Shown piece by piece: positions 1 through 9,849 of a stretch of 64,000 nucleotides of DNA. The stretch is from contig JBKBWD010000021.1 in the NCBI GenBank assembly GCA_046289265.1, positions 2,626 through 66,625 on the forward strand, written 5' to 3'. The notes under the pieces were generated by a model. The model ran no database searches. It saw only the letters and a program-made list of their open reading frames with translations, and was not told the DNA's origin. The stretch comes from Bryobacteraceae bacterium (GTDB lineage: Bacteria > Acidobacteriota > Terriglobia > Bryobacterales > Bryobacteraceae). Each line of letters begins with the position of its first letter. Positions within the stretch are counted from its first letter, which is position 1. Both the position numbers and the translations under genes were made by a program.

Positions 1-132
1 CAGCAACTGCAGAGCCACGCGATCGACTTCCGCAAAGTACAGCTCGCGGTGCCGCCGCGAGCAGAATCGCCGATCTTTGGTCAGCAGGGCCAGGAACGGA
101 AGAGGACGCCCGCATTGAAGGCAGACATTCAC
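1..132 (-). CDS. hypothetical protein, N-terminal fragment running off the window; CxxC zinc-ribbon-like start
   Basis: Minus-strand reading from GTG (132..130) gives VNVCLQCGRPLPFLALLTKDRRFCSRRHRELYFAEVDRVALQLL, open to the window edge. A GGGAG Shine-Dalgarno-like motif (revcomp of 145..149) lies about 12 nt upstream. Too short to appear in the ORF track. Confidence 0.3.
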   Translation of the reverse strand, partial: MNVCLQCGRPLPFLALLTKDRRFCSRRHRELYFAEVDRVALQLL

Positions 133-293
133 TCGACTGACAATCTCCCTCGTGTTAATTATGGGCACAGCGGACCGGTCACGCTATGGAACAAGTAATC
201 TCTGGCGCGCCACTAAGCGATTCTCCCCGGCCGCAGCTCAGGTGAAAACCCTCAAACTGAAATTCAGCCTACTCAAAAGATCGGGCCGGTCCG

Positions 294-2321
294 ATGGAAA
301 CGGGAGACCGAAAAAGCATGAGCGGATTCGAGAAGTTCAAACTGGCGGCACGGGCACTGCGAGGGGCGATCCCGGCCCTGCAAACAGGCCGAAGCGTCGA
401 TCCTGCCGCGGAGGAGGCCCGGCGGCTACTGCAGAACGGGAGCTTCTCGGAGGCGGAGGAGAGCTTGGCCGAGGTGATCCGCGAGCTGAAGTCCCGCTCG
501 GCGATTCGCTCCGGACATGCGCGGATTCTGTTGGCGCTGGCGACAGCGCAGTGGAAACAGAGGAAACTCGATGAGGCGCTTGAGACGGCAGAGACGGCGC
601 GGGACCTACTTGAGAACAAGGAAAGCACGGACATGGCCGAATGCCTTGACTTGCTGGCTGAGGTCCACCTGGCCCGCGAGGACGCGGAGCGGGCCGAGCA
701 GGCACTGGCCGAAGCGCTCGAGTTGACCAGAGATCTTAAGGGCAAGGACAGGAATCGGGACCGGCAGGGCGTTATCCAGCGGATGCGGCGTCTGGCCACG
801 GTACAGCGAGAGCGCGAGCGCCTGGAGGAGGCCAGCCGGACTCTGCGAGAAGCAGTCGAGCTTGCTGAGTCGGATGACAATCGGGAAGAACACGAGTCGC
901 TGGCGGAGTGCCTGATCGAATTGGGCCAATGCGAATCGGCGCGCGGCGAGCACGAAGCTGCCATCGAGGCGCTCGACCGCGCCCTCGATCTCCTTCGGAA
1001 TCGCTTCGGTCCCGATTCGGAGGACGTAGCCCGGGCCCTACAGGCGCTGGCGACCGCCCATCATGCGGCCGGAAACCTGGAGACAGCAATCCGGTTCTAC
1101 GAGGAGGCTCTGCGGCTGCGGGAACGGCAACTGGGAGTAAACGCGACCGATTTCGCCTCCGCCCTCATGAATCTCGCGGCGGCGCATTCGATGCTGGGCC
1201 ACTATGGTCCCGCGATGGAGCTGTTCCAGCAGGCGGTCGGAAAGCTGGAGCCTCAGAAAGACGAGCGGCTTGCGTCGGCGCTGGAAGGGCTTGGGACTGT
1301 TTATTATTACAGCGGTCGCTTTGACGATGCACTCACCTGCGTCCGCCGCGCACGAACGATTTGGGACAGGTCGCCGGAGCGCAACCGGTCGTCGATTCAG
1401 GCGAACGAGGTGCTGCTCGGAGAGATGTTGGAGTATCTGGAGGCGCCCACTGCCGCGGCGGGGCAGGGTTCGGGAGCGGACGCGGAGCGATCGCGCATTC
1501 TGGCCCTCGACCCGGGCGGCAGCGCGGGGCTTCAGCCGGTATTTCGGCCCATTCGCTATTCGAGGGCAGCGGGAGGCGGCTCCGCAGCGGCTTTCGGTCC
1601 GGGCGAGGTTTTATTTGTGCCGAGCCGGCTTCCCACCGTGCAGCCCACAGCCTCGGCAGGAGCTGTCGACGATCTCCAGGCGCAGGCCGAGGCTATGGCC
1701 GGCTTCACCGCGGAGGGCGGGCCGGTTCCGTTCTCCGAAGCGCCGGTGCCATATCCGGAGCCCGGCGCCTTCATCGCGGCGCCTTTCGGGATGCCGGCCG
1801 GGGCGGTCATTGTCGGCGCGCATGCGGCCGCTTATCCGGGGCAGGCGGGGCAGGCATCAGCGCCGATCCAGGGAGCACAGGGCATTTCGGGCGGGATGAT
1901 GCCGCAGGCCGGAGCAGTCGCTTTTGGCGCTCCTCCGGCTACTTACCCGGGGCAGGCGGGTCATGCGCCGATTCCCACTCGGCCTGCTCCCTATCTTGCG
2001 GAAGAGGCCAGGACCCCGGACGCTCCGAGGCTGTCTGCCGGTTCGCCTGCCGGTCCGGCGCCAGCGATCCAGGGGCCGGTGAACGATGTGCCCGCGCCTA
2101 AGCGCGAGGAGGCAGTCTCAATCTCGTTTATCCGTCCCGACGGCTCGCCCGTGGAGCCCTCGGCGTCCCCTGGGGGCAACCTGCACCTCACCGTCGTGCT
2201 CCCGCGCACCGGTGATGCCGTCTTCGTCGGAGATGAGCCGACGCCTCCGCTGGAAGCGGGTCAGCTCTGCGGCTGGGACGAACTGGAGTTCGAGTTCCTC
2301 CCCACGGCGCAGACGGGGTGA
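294..2321 (+). CDS. TPR-repeat protein with long Pro/Ala/Gly-rich C-terminal half
   Basis: ATG start. Several 34-42 aa TPR-like units are present (AECLIELGQCESARGEHEAAIEALDRAL, ALQALATAHHAAGNLETAIRFYEEALRL, ALMNLAAAHSMLGHYGPAMELFQQAV, LEGLGTVYYYSGRFDDALTCVRRA). The C-terminal ~300 aa are low complexity with a duplicated YPGQAG motif. Confidence 0.7.
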   Translation: METGDRKSMSGFEKFKLAARALRGAIPALQTGRSVDPAAEEARRLLQNGSFSEAEESLAEVIRELKSRSAIRSGHARILLALATAQWKQRKLDEALETAETARDLLENKESTDMAECLDLLAEVHLAREDAERAEQALAEALELTRDLKGKDRNRDRQGVIQRMRRLATVQRERERLEEASRTLREAVELAESDDNREEHESLAECLIELGQCESARGEHEAAIEALDRALDLLRNRFGPDSEDVARALQALATAHHAAGNLETAIRFYEEALRLRERQLGVNATDFASALMNLAAAHSMLGHYGPAMELFQQAVGKLEPQKDERLASALEGLGTVYYYSGRFDDALTCVRRARTIWDRSPERNRSSIQANEVLLGEMLEYLEAPTAAAGQGSGADAERSRILALDPGGSAGLQPVFRPIRYSRAAGGGSAAAFGPGEVLFVPSRLPTVQPTASAGAVDDLQAQAEAMAGFTAEGGPVPFSEAPVPYPEPGAFIAAPFGMPAGAVIVGAHAAAYPGQAGQASAPIQGAQGISGGMMPQAGAVAFGAPPATYPGQAGHAPIPTRPAPYLAEEARTPDAPRLSAGSPAGPAPAIQGPVNDVPAPKREEAVSISFIRPDGSPVEPSASPGGNLHLTVVLPRTGDAVFVGDEPTPPLEAGQLCGWDELEFEFLPTAQTG

Positions 2322-2324
2322 CGA

Positions 2325-2897
2325 TTAGGCGCCCGCCTCGGAGGACTCCGTTCGCAGGCACGCCATCACTTCGCGATAGAACTCCGGGTGCGACTGCCAG
2401 GTCTGCGCCGTCACGATGTTGCCGTCGCGGACCGCCTGCTGCGTGCTGTAGGTCCCGCCGCCCATCTCGACTTCCTGGCGCACGTGCTCGTAACAGGTGA
2501 CGCAGCGCCCGGCGATCAGCCCGGCGGAGACGAGCACCTGAATTCCATGGCAGATGGCGAAGACCCACTTGCCGCCGGAATGGAATGCGCGCACCAGGTC
2601 GATGAGTTTCGCATTGTTGCGCAGGTACTCGGGAGCGCGGCCGCCAATAACGAGGATCGCATCGAAGCCTTCGGCCGAGACCTCGTCGAGTGCCGCGCCC
2701 GCGTCCATGCCGTATCCGGTTCGCTCGATGTAGGTGTCCCATCCTGGCTCGAAGTCGTGCATTACCAGGTGGAGCCTGCGCCGGCTGGGCGCCGCAACGA
2801 CCGGTTCGTAGCCCTGTTCGAGAAAGCGGTGGAAGGCGTACAGCGTTTCATAGCTCTCGCCGCCGTCGCCCGTGACGATCAGGATTTTCCGCGACAT
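2325..2897 (-). CDS. DJ-1/PfpI family protein (class I glutamine amidotransferase-like)
   Basis: 190 aa. N-terminal KILIVTGDG, a nucleophile elbow FAICHG and GRAPEYL are typical of the PfpI/DJ-1 family. Confidence 0.85.
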   Translation of the reverse strand: MSRKILIVTGDGGESYETLYAFHRFLEQGYEPVVAAPSRRRLHLVMHDFEPGWDTYIERTGYGMDAGAALDEVSAEGFDAILVIGGRAPEYLRNNAKLIDLVRAFHSGGKWVFAICHGIQVLVSAGLIAGRCVTCYEHVRQEVEMGGGTYSTQQAVRDGNIVTAQTWQSHPEFYREVMACLRTESSEAGA

Positions 2898-2961
2898 AAA
2901 CCCCAGGATATAACGGCGCCCAAGCTGCCCCGCGCCCGCCCATAACTTCTACAATGGGAAC

Positions 2962-3834
2962 GTGGCCGGCAAGCCTGTCATTCACCGTTCGGTGGCCAGC
3001 AGCATCCTGAGCGAGACCTCCGGCTTTATCGCGCAGGCCGGATTCAGCCACTCCCTCACTCCCGCGCGCAACTGCACCTACGGCTGCACGTATTGCTACG
3101 TCCCGACCATGCGCATTTATGGCGGATTGAAGCCCGAGGACTGGCAGCAATGGGGACAATTCACGACGTTGAAGTCGAACGCCGCGGAACGGCTCGTGCG
3201 CGAAATCCGGCCGAACCAGGCGATCTACTGCTCGCCTCTGGTGGATCCGTATCAGCCGGCGGAATCCGAAGCGGCCCTGATGCCGGCGATCCTCGAGGCC
3301 CTCACCGCCGATCCACCCGTCGTCTTCGTGCTGCAGACCAGGGGGCCTTTGATCCTGCGCGACCTGGAGCTGCTGCGGCGGCTTGCAGATCGGACCGTGC
3401 TGCGAGTCAGCTTTTCGATCACGACCGACCGCGAGGATGTCTGCCGGTGGTACGAGCCGCACTGCGCGCCGTTTGAAGAACGGATCGCCGTAATCCGAAA
3501 GCTGCGCGAGGCCGGTATCGAAACCTACGCGACGCTGGCGCCGCTTCTGCCGTGCGATCCCGGGCGCCTGCTCGATGCGGTACTGGCCGCCACCGACCGC
3601 GACATTATCGCCGACCCGCTGCACGTGCGGGCGGTCAAGCGCCACGGCGCGACCACGCGCGAAGAGGCCCGGCGCATCAGTGAGGTGCGAGGGTTTTCGG
3701 ACTGGCTCGACCCGGAGTTCCAGGCCGCGCTCGTCGAACGCATGCGCTCGCTCGCCGCCGCGGCTGGCAGGCGCTTCGCGGCGGGACCGGAGGCCTTCGC
3801 CTGGCTGGCCGCGCGGCCCGTGCGATCGAAGTAA
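2962..3834 (+). CDS. radical SAM protein, SPL / DNA-repair-photolyase-like (COG1533-type)
   Basis: CxxxCxxC cluster in NCTYGCTYCYVP. Size (~290 aa) and layout resemble the SplB-like radical SAM family. GTG start. Confidence 0.7.
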   Translation: MAGKPVIHRSVASSILSETSGFIAQAGFSHSLTPARNCTYGCTYCYVPTMRIYGGLKPEDWQQWGQFTTLKSNAAERLVREIRPNQAIYCSPLVDPYQPAESEAALMPAILEALTADPPVVFVLQTRGPLILRDLELLRRLADRTVLRVSFSITTDREDVCRWYEPHCAPFEERIAVIRKLREAGIETYATLAPLLPCDPGRLLDAVLAATDRDIIADPLHVRAVKRHGATTREEARRISEVRGFSDWLDPEFQAALVERMRSLAAAAGRRFAAGPEAFAWLAARPVRSK

Positions 3835-3849
3835 GGAGGATTGAAGAAG

Positions 3850-5385
3850 ATGCAAGTCCAGGACCGTGTCCAGGAGGTTCTGACCAACCTCGAGCTGCAG
3901 CCGGTCAACTCGGGCGCCTGCTGGGGCGAGTGGATCGAGGACGCCTCGGGCGGCGAGATCGCCTCGCTCAATCCGCACGACGGCTCCGAGATCGCGCGCG
4001 TCCGCCTGGCCGCCGAAGAGGACTACGACGAGGTGGTCTACCAGGCCGCGCAGGTGTTCCGCGAGTGGCGCCTGGTTCCGGCGCCGGTCCGCGGCCAGAT
4101 CGTCCGCGAAATCGGCGACGAACTGCGGCGGCACAAGGACGAACTCGGCGCGCTGGTCTCGATCGAGATGGGCAAGATCCTGGTCGAAGGCAAAGGCGAG
4201 GTCCAGGAGATGATCGATATGGCCGACTTCGCCGTCGGGCTTTCGCGCCAGCTCTATGGACTCACGATGCACAGTGAGCGCCCCGGCCACCGCATGTATG
4301 AGCAATGGCATCCGCTCGGCGTGGTGGGCGTCGTCACGGCGTTCAACTTTCCCGTGGCGGTCTGGTCCTGGAACGCGCTGATCGCGCTGGTCTGCGGCGA
4401 CTGCGTGGTCTGGAAGCCCTCAACTGAGACGCCGCTCACCGCGATCGCGGTCCAGAAGATCTGTAATCGTGTCATGGCGCGGCACGGGTGGAAGGGCGTG
4501 ATCAACCTGGCGGTCGGCGAGGGATCGACGGTGGGGGAGCGGATGCTCAAGGACCGGCGTGTGCCGCTGGTCAGCTTTACCGGCTCGACGCAGGTCGGCT
4601 ATCACGTGGCTGAAACGGTCGGGCGGCGGCTCGGCCGGACGCTGCTCGAACTGGGCGGCAACAACGGCGTCATTGTGATGGACGACGCCAACCTCGATAT
4701 GGCGCTGCGCGCGGTTCTGTTCGGAGCGGTCGGGACGGCGGGGCAGCGCTGCACGTCGATCCGGCGGCTGTTCCTGCAGGAGGGCATCGCCGAAACGATG
4801 ATCGGGCGGCTGAAGTCGGCTTACGCGCAGGTGCGGATCGGGAATCCGCTTGACACTCAGACGCTCATGGGGCCGCTGGTGACCCGCAAGGCGGTGGAAG
4901 CGTATCTCGACGGCATCCGGCGGATCCGCGAACAGGGCGGCGAGATCCTGTACGGCGGCAAGGCGATCGAGGGCAACGAAGGATTCTACGTTGAGCCGAC
5001 GCTCGTGCGCTCGACACCTGATATGCCGATTGTGAAGGAGGAGATCTTCGCGCCGATTCTGCACATTTTGACCTTCCGCGAACTCGACCAGGCCATCGAG
5101 TGGCACAACAACGTGCCACAGGGACTCTCGTCCTCGATCTTCACGGCAAATCTCGCGTCCGCCGAGACCTTCCTTAGCGCGCGCGGTAGCGACTGCGGCA
5201 TCGCCAACGTCAACATCGGGACGAGCGGCGCCGAGATTGGCGGGGCCTTCGGCGGCGAGAAGGAGACCGGAGGCGGACGCGAGGCCGGCAGCGATTCCTG
5301 GAAAGCCTACATGCGCCGCCAGACTGTTACGATCAACTGGTCCGATGCCTTACCATTGGCACAAGGTATTCGTTTCGAAATTTAA
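3850..5385 (+). CDS. ALDH7-type aldehyde dehydrogenase (alpha-aminoadipic semialdehyde / piperideine-6-carboxylate dehydrogenase-like)
   Basis: Aldehyde dehydrogenase motifs are ELGGNN and GQRCTS (catalytic Cys). The N-terminal region (...SLNPHDGSEIARV..., FREWRLVPAPVRGQIVREIGDELR) is typical of antiquitin-like enzymes. AAGGAGG at 3833..3839 favours ATG 3850 over the TTG at 3841 used by the ORF track. Confidence 0.85.
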   Translation: MQVQDRVQEVLTNLELQPVNSGACWGEWIEDASGGEIASLNPHDGSEIARVRLAAEEDYDEVVYQAAQVFREWRLVPAPVRGQIVREIGDELRRHKDELGALVSIEMGKILVEGKGEVQEMIDMADFAVGLSRQLYGLTMHSERPGHRMYEQWHPLGVVGVVTAFNFPVAVWSWNALIALVCGDCVVWKPSTETPLTAIAVQKICNRVMARHGWKGVINLAVGEGSTVGERMLKDRRVPLVSFTGSTQVGYHVAETVGRRLGRTLLELGGNNGVIVMDDANLDMALRAVLFGAVGTAGQRCTSIRRLFLQEGIAETMIGRLKSAYAQVRIGNPLDTQTLMGPLVTRKAVEAYLDGIRRIREQGGEILYGGKAIEGNEGFYVEPTLVRSTPDMPIVKEEIFAPILHILTFRELDQAIEWHNNVPQGLSSSIFTANLASAETFLSARGSDCGIANVNIGTSGAEIGGAFGGEKETGGGREAGSDSWKAYMRRQTVTINWSDALPLAQGIRFEI

Positions 5386-5400
5386 AGTGTTGCGAGGAGA

Positions 5401-6207
5401 GTGGCGAGCTTGGCGATATACACCTGTTTCGACATGATCGCGGATTGCCGCGCGAACAAGCGGGAGGGATGGGTCTATTTCGTCACTCACTACCTTCCGC
5501 TATGCGGCACGCTGATCGAGCACTATTACCCGGACCGCAGCGCCGACGCCGAATTGCTGGGGCGCGTGCTGAGAGCGCTGCGCGATCCGAAGTCCAGCTT
5601 GTTCGGCACGCCCGAGTCGGAGCGCGAGTTCTGCAGCCGGCTGCGGCAGTTTGTGCTGGCGGCCGTGGAGGACGACAAGGCAAGCACCGCGCCTGAAATT
5701 TCGCTCGATTTCGAAACCCTCACGGAAGCGCTCGCACCCCTGACGGCGATGGAGCGGCAGGCCGTGTGGCTTGAAGCCATGGGCTATCATCCTGAGCACG
5801 CCGGTTCGCTGCTGAACATGGACGCCGCCACGGCCGGAGGGATCCGGGAGAAGGCGGCCGACCTGCTCCGCGGCAAGATGGACCAGTGGAACATCAACGT
5901 TATGCAGCAGAACGGATTCCTTTTGCGGCAGGCCGTCAAGGGGCTCGAAACGGAGCAATGCTTCCCCTCCCGCACGTTCCTCGATCTGCTCGACGGGCGC
6001 ATGACCTGGGCGGATCGCCAGGATGTCGATCGGCACATGGTTGGCTGCTGGTACTGCGTCGATCACCTGTGCAGGATGCGGGAGATCGACGCCATTCTTC
6101 GCGACAGCCGGCCGCTGCGCGCCGGCGAAGCCGAACCGTATCTGAAGCTGCTGGGCCTGCCGGCCGGCAAAGTACCCTTTTGGAAGCGCTTATTCGCAGG
6201 AGCCTGA
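5401..6207 (+). CDS. sigma-70 region-4-like HTH fused to a zinc-binding anti-sigma (ZAS, HxxxCxxC) domain; no transmembrane segment
   Basis: The central segment LTAMERQAVWLEAMGYHPEHAGSLLNMDAATAGGIREKAADLLR matches the sigma region 4 pattern. The following segment LLDGRMTWADRQDVDRHMVGCWYCVDHL carries the ZAS signature H-x3-C-x2-C. The exact start is uncertain (GTG 5401, TTG 5410 or ATG 5434). Confidence 0.5.
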   Translation: MASLAIYTCFDMIADCRANKREGWVYFVTHYLPLCGTLIEHYYPDRSADAELLGRVLRALRDPKSSLFGTPESEREFCSRLRQFVLAAVEDDKASTAPEISLDFETLTEALAPLTAMERQAVWLEAMGYHPEHAGSLLNMDAATAGGIREKAADLLRGKMDQWNINVMQQNGFLLRQAVKGLETEQCFPSRTFLDLLDGRMTWADRQDVDRHMVGCWYCVDHLCRMREIDAILRDSRPLRAGEAEPYLKLLGLPAGKVPFWKRLFAGA

Positions 6208-6210
6208 CCC

Positions 6211-7404
6211 GTGTTCGCATTACTACTGCTTGCCGTCAGCATCCAATCGGACTTCGAAGGAGGCAGTATCGGGAAGGTCGAGTATGTCTCGGAGGGCCTC
6301 GTCCGCTGCGCGGTCGCGGGCGAGGTGGACCAGGACAAGCGCAACCGGCAGGCGAGCTGGTACTACTTCCGCGTCGACGGGGCGGCCGGACAGCCGTTGA
6401 CCGTTGAACTCGTGGACCTTCCTGGTGAATACAACTATCGTTCAAACCGGGGCGCGATCACGAAAGACACGATCCCGGTCTATAGCGAGGACGATGTCCA
6501 CTGGCAGCACTTCGATGCGAGCGCGGTCGAATACGATGAATCGGAGCCGGTTCTGCGGCTGCGTTTCACTCCGAAGTCGAATCGATTCTGGATCGCGCAC
6601 GTTCCACCGTATACGAACATGCACCTGCGGTCCCTGCTTCGCTCGTTCGCCGGCCATCCACATGCCCGCGTGGAGAGCGTGGGCCGCACGGTTCGAGGCC
6701 GGGAGATTCCGCTCCTCACGATCACCGATCCTTCGGCTCCCGATGATCCCAAGCGCGTAGTCTGGCTGATGTTCCGACAGCATAGCTGGGAGAGCGGCTC
6801 GTCCTGGGTGGGCGAGGGAGCCATCCGCTACCTGCTCTCCGAGGATCCCGAAGCCTGGCAGATCCGCAAGAGCACGATTTTCAAGATTCTGCCGATGTGC
6901 GACCCCGACGGCGTCGCCCGCGGCGGCGTCCGGTTCAACGTCCATGGCTATGACCTGAACCGGAACTGGGATGTTCGCGACGAGAAACTCATGCCGGAGA
7001 TCGCGGCCGAGCGTAAGGCAGTTCTGGACTGGGCTCGCTCGGGCCGCAAGGTGGACCTTCTCCTAACGGTCCACAATACTGAGACATCGGAGTACATCGA
7101 CGGTCCACCGGACACCGATAACGGATTCGCCGAACTCACGGCGCGGCTGTATGAAAAGTTGATCGAGATGACCAGCTTCGCCCCGACCCGGCCGCCGCGC
7201 AAGATGGAGGAATCGACCGCGCGCGGGCGGCCTGGGCGCATGAGCGTCGTGCAGGGCTTGTATCGCGACAGGAAGATGCCCGCCTACCTGATGGAGCAGC
7301 GCATCGCTTACAATCCGAAGCTCGGGCGACTGCCGACGATCGAGGACCGCAAGCGCTTTGGCGCCGAACTGGTCCGCGCGATCGACGCAACGCTTTCGCG
7401 ATGA
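6211..7404 (+). CDS. M14-family zinc carboxypeptidase-like protein
   Basis: HxxE zinc motif (QHSWE), GYDLNRNW motif and GREIPLLTITD are typical of M14 peptidases. GTG start with AGGAG 8 nt upstream. Confidence 0.7.
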   Translation: MFALLLLAVSIQSDFEGGSIGKVEYVSEGLVRCAVAGEVDQDKRNRQASWYYFRVDGAAGQPLTVELVDLPGEYNYRSNRGAITKDTIPVYSEDDVHWQHFDASAVEYDESEPVLRLRFTPKSNRFWIAHVPPYTNMHLRSLLRSFAGHPHARVESVGRTVRGREIPLLTITDPSAPDDPKRVVWLMFRQHSWESGSSWVGEGAIRYLLSEDPEAWQIRKSTIFKILPMCDPDGVARGGVRFNVHGYDLNRNWDVRDEKLMPEIAAERKAVLDWARSGRKVDLLLTVHNTETSEYIDGPPDTDNGFAELTARLYEKLIEMTSFAPTRPPRKMEESTARGRPGRMSVVQGLYRDRKMPAYLMEQRIAYNPKLGRLPTIEDRKRFGAELVRAIDATLSR

Positions 7405-7407
7405 GCC

Positions 7408-9849
7408 TCAGCGAAGGTGCTGTTCCACTTCGCTCAGCCAGTCCGGACGCTTGAGAACCTCACGCGGCTTGCTGCCGTCCGGCGGCCCTATGACACCGTC
7501 GCGCTGCATCATATCGAGGATGCGGGCGGCGCGGCCGTAGCCCAGACGCAGGCGCCGCTGCAGCGTGGAGGTCGAGGCTTTCCCCATTTCCACCACGATG
7601 CGTACGGCATCCTCGTACATCGGATCCTGCTCGCCGCCGAGTTCCTCGCCGTCCGCTCCGTCCTCGTCGTCGGCAGCGGGCGCGAGCAGAAAGCTCTGGT
7701 CGTATTCGGGCTGCGCCTGGCACTTCCAGAAGTCCACAACCTTGTTAGTTTCGGTCTCGGTGACGAAGGCGCCGTGGACGCGCACCAGCCGCGATGAGCC
7801 GGGCGGCAGAAAGAGCATGTCACCGCGGCCGAGCAGGTGTTCGGCGCCCATGACATCGAGCACGGTCCGCGAATCAACGCGCGTCGCCACCCGGAAGCTG
7901 ATACGTGCCGGGAAGTTGGCCTTGATGAGGCCCGTGATCACGTCGACGCTCGGTCGCTGGGTTGCGAGGACCAGATGCATCCCGACCGCTCGCGCCATCT
8001 GGGCCAGGCGCGTGACGGACTCCTCGACGCCTGCCCGTTCGAGCATCATCAGGTCGGCCAACTCGTCGATGATGATCAGGATGTAGGGCAGCGGCCGCAG
8101 ATCCTCATCGATCGGATCGGCCGGATTCTCGTCGAACAGGCTGCGCGGCTCCTGCTGGAGTTGCCGCATCTTGCGATTGAACTGGTCGATGTTGCGGACA
8201 CCCTGCGAGGCGAGGAGCTTCAAGCGCCGCTCCATCTCGCTGACGGCGTTGCGCAGCGCGTTGGTCGCCTTCTTCGGGTCCGTGATCACTGGGGTCAGAA
8301 GGTGCGGGATACCCTCGTAGAGCCCCATTTCGAGCCGCTTGGGATCGACCATAATCATCCGGACCTCGTCCGGCGTCGATTTATAGAGGATCGACATGAT
8401 GAGGGTGTTGAGCATGACGCTCTTGCCCGAACCGGTCGAGCCGGCGATGAGGACGTGCGGCATGGTTTCGAGCGCCGCGACTTTAATGCGGCCATTGATA
8501 TCCTTGCCGAGCGAGATCGTCAGGCGTGATGCCGACGTTTGAAACTCTTCCGACTCCAGGATCTGCCGCAGGCTGATCACTTCGCTCTTCGAGTTCGGCA
8601 CCTCGATCCCTACGGTCGGCTTGCCCGGAATGCGCTCGATCAGGATTGATTCGGCCTGGAGGCCGAGACAGAGGTCCTCGCTGAGGTTGGTGATCCGGCT
8701 GTACTTGATGCCGGCTTCGGGTTTGAACTCGAACGTCGTGACGACCGGGCCGGGATTGATCTGCACCACCGAGCCGAGTACATTGAACTCTTCGAACTTC
8801 GACTTGATTTTGGCCGCGATCTCCTTGAGTTCGTCGCGATCATAGGGGCTGCGCGCGGCCGGCTCATTTAGCAGGTGCGTTCCGGGCAGTTCCCAGACGG
8901 TCCGCTGGCGGACGGGGGAGGGCTTGTCGCCGGGGCGGATCGCCGCGGGCGGCGCCGGCACCGGAGCAGGCGGCGGCGCGGGGGGCGGGGCCGGAAGGTC
9001 GTCGAGCGTCCGGATCGGGATCTCCTCCTCGGCCTTGGGAGCCTCGGGGGTTGAGTTCTCCTCCCAGGGCGCGTCGGAGTCGTCATCGATTGAGGGCTCC
9101 AAAACCGTCGCGGACTTACGGCGCCGGGGCGTAGGTTCGAGAACGACCTCGGTGTCGATTCCGGCCTTGGCTGCGGCCTTGGCGGCTTTCGCGGCGCGCT
9201 TTTCAGCCTTGCGGGCCTCGCGTTCGGCGCGGCGTTCTTCCTTGCGGCGGCGGCGTTCTTCGCGCCAGGCGGTCCAGCGCTCGCGCTGGCGGGTCCAGAA
9301 GGCGATGGGTCCGCGGAACCAGGCGGCCAGCTTGGCCATCGAGAAGGTCGAGACCAGGTAGAGCGAAATTACGAGGGCCGTGGCGACGGCAAGGAGCGCT
9401 CCGGTGTGGTTGAGGGAATGGCGCAACCAGTCCGCGAGCGCCATGCCCAGGAGGCCGCCCGCGGCAATCGCTCCGCCGAAGGCATGGAAGTCCGGTCCGA
9501 GCGCCAGCGCAGCGCAGGATCCGAGAAGCAGCACCGCCGCGCCGAAGACACGGACGACGGCTGCTTCGATCGGCTTCGAGCGGATCCACTTCCAGGCCAG
9601 GACGATTGTTAGAGCCGGGAGCGTAAAGGCGCCCAGGCCCATAAGCTGTAAGGCGAGGTCGGAGATATGGGCTCCGAAGATGCCGATGAGGTTGTTCGCC
9701 CTGACGCCGGGATCCCGCGCAGTGTTGAATGACGGATCTTCCGGATGGTAGGAGATCAGCGCCAGCAGCAGACAGATGCCGGCGGCCAGATACACAATCC
9801 CCAGGGCTTCGTTGAGCCGTGAATGTTTGGTCGGTCCTAAAAGTCTCAT
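7408..9849 (-). CDS. ftsK: DNA translocase FtsK/SpoIIIE
   Basis: N-terminal membrane helices and a Pro/Ala/Lys/Glu-rich linker precede the motor domain with Walker A (AGSTGSGKS). The C-terminal winged-helix gamma domain is LQRRLRLGYGRAARILD. Start placed at the MRLLGP ATG (9849..9847), which overlaps the uppP stop as ATGA. The upstream part of the 10005 ORF overlaps uppP and is rejected. Confidence 0.9.
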   Translation of the reverse strand: MRLLGPTKHSRLNEALGIVYLAAGICLLLALISYHPEDPSFNTARDPGVRANNLIGIFGAHISDLALQLMGLGAFTLPALTIVLAWKWIRSKPIEAAVVRVFGAAVLLLGSCAALALGPDFHAFGGAIAAGGLLGMALADWLRHSLNHTGALLAVATALVISLYLVSTFSMAKLAAWFRGPIAFWTRQRERWTAWREERRRRKEERRAEREARKAEKRAAKAAKAAAKAGIDTEVVLEPTPRRRKSATVLEPSIDDDSDAPWEENSTPEAPKAEEEIPIRTLDDLPAPPPAPPPAPVPAPPAAIRPGDKPSPVRQRTVWELPGTHLLNEPAARSPYDRDELKEIAAKIKSKFEEFNVLGSVVQINPGPVVTTFEFKPEAGIKYSRITNLSEDLCLGLQAESILIERIPGKPTVGIEVPNSKSEVISLRQILESEEFQTSASRLTISLGKDINGRIKVAALETMPHVLIAGSTGSGKSVMLNTLIMSILYKSTPDEVRMIMVDPKRLEMGLYEGIPHLLTPVITDPKKATNALRNAVSEMERRLKLLASQGVRNIDQFNRKMRQLQQEPRSLFDENPADPIDEDLRPLPYILIIIDELADLMMLERAGVEESVTRLAQMARAVGMHLVLATQRPSVDVITGLIKANFPARISFRVATRVDSRTVLDVMGAEHLLGRGDMLFLPPGSSRLVRVHGAFVTETETNKVVDFWKCQAQPEYDQSFLLAPAADDEDGADGEELGGEQDPMYEDAVRIVVEMGKASTSTLQRRLRLGYGRAARILDMMQRDGVIGPPDGSKPREVLKRPDWLSEVEQHLR

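Noticed and set aside
2848-4311. 487-aa minus-strand ORF covering the radical SAM and ALDH genes. Similar long ORFs occur at 14100..15434(-), 18735..19877(-), 20294..21448(+), 26812..28413(+), 49134..50597(+), 54250..55593(-), 55316..56425(-) and 36078..37106(-).
   Set aside because: All lie antisense to, or out of frame with, genes that have clear family motifs. Their translations are Arg/Ala/Pro/Gly-rich low complexity without recognisable motifs. They are typical stop-poor shadow ORFs of GC-rich DNA.
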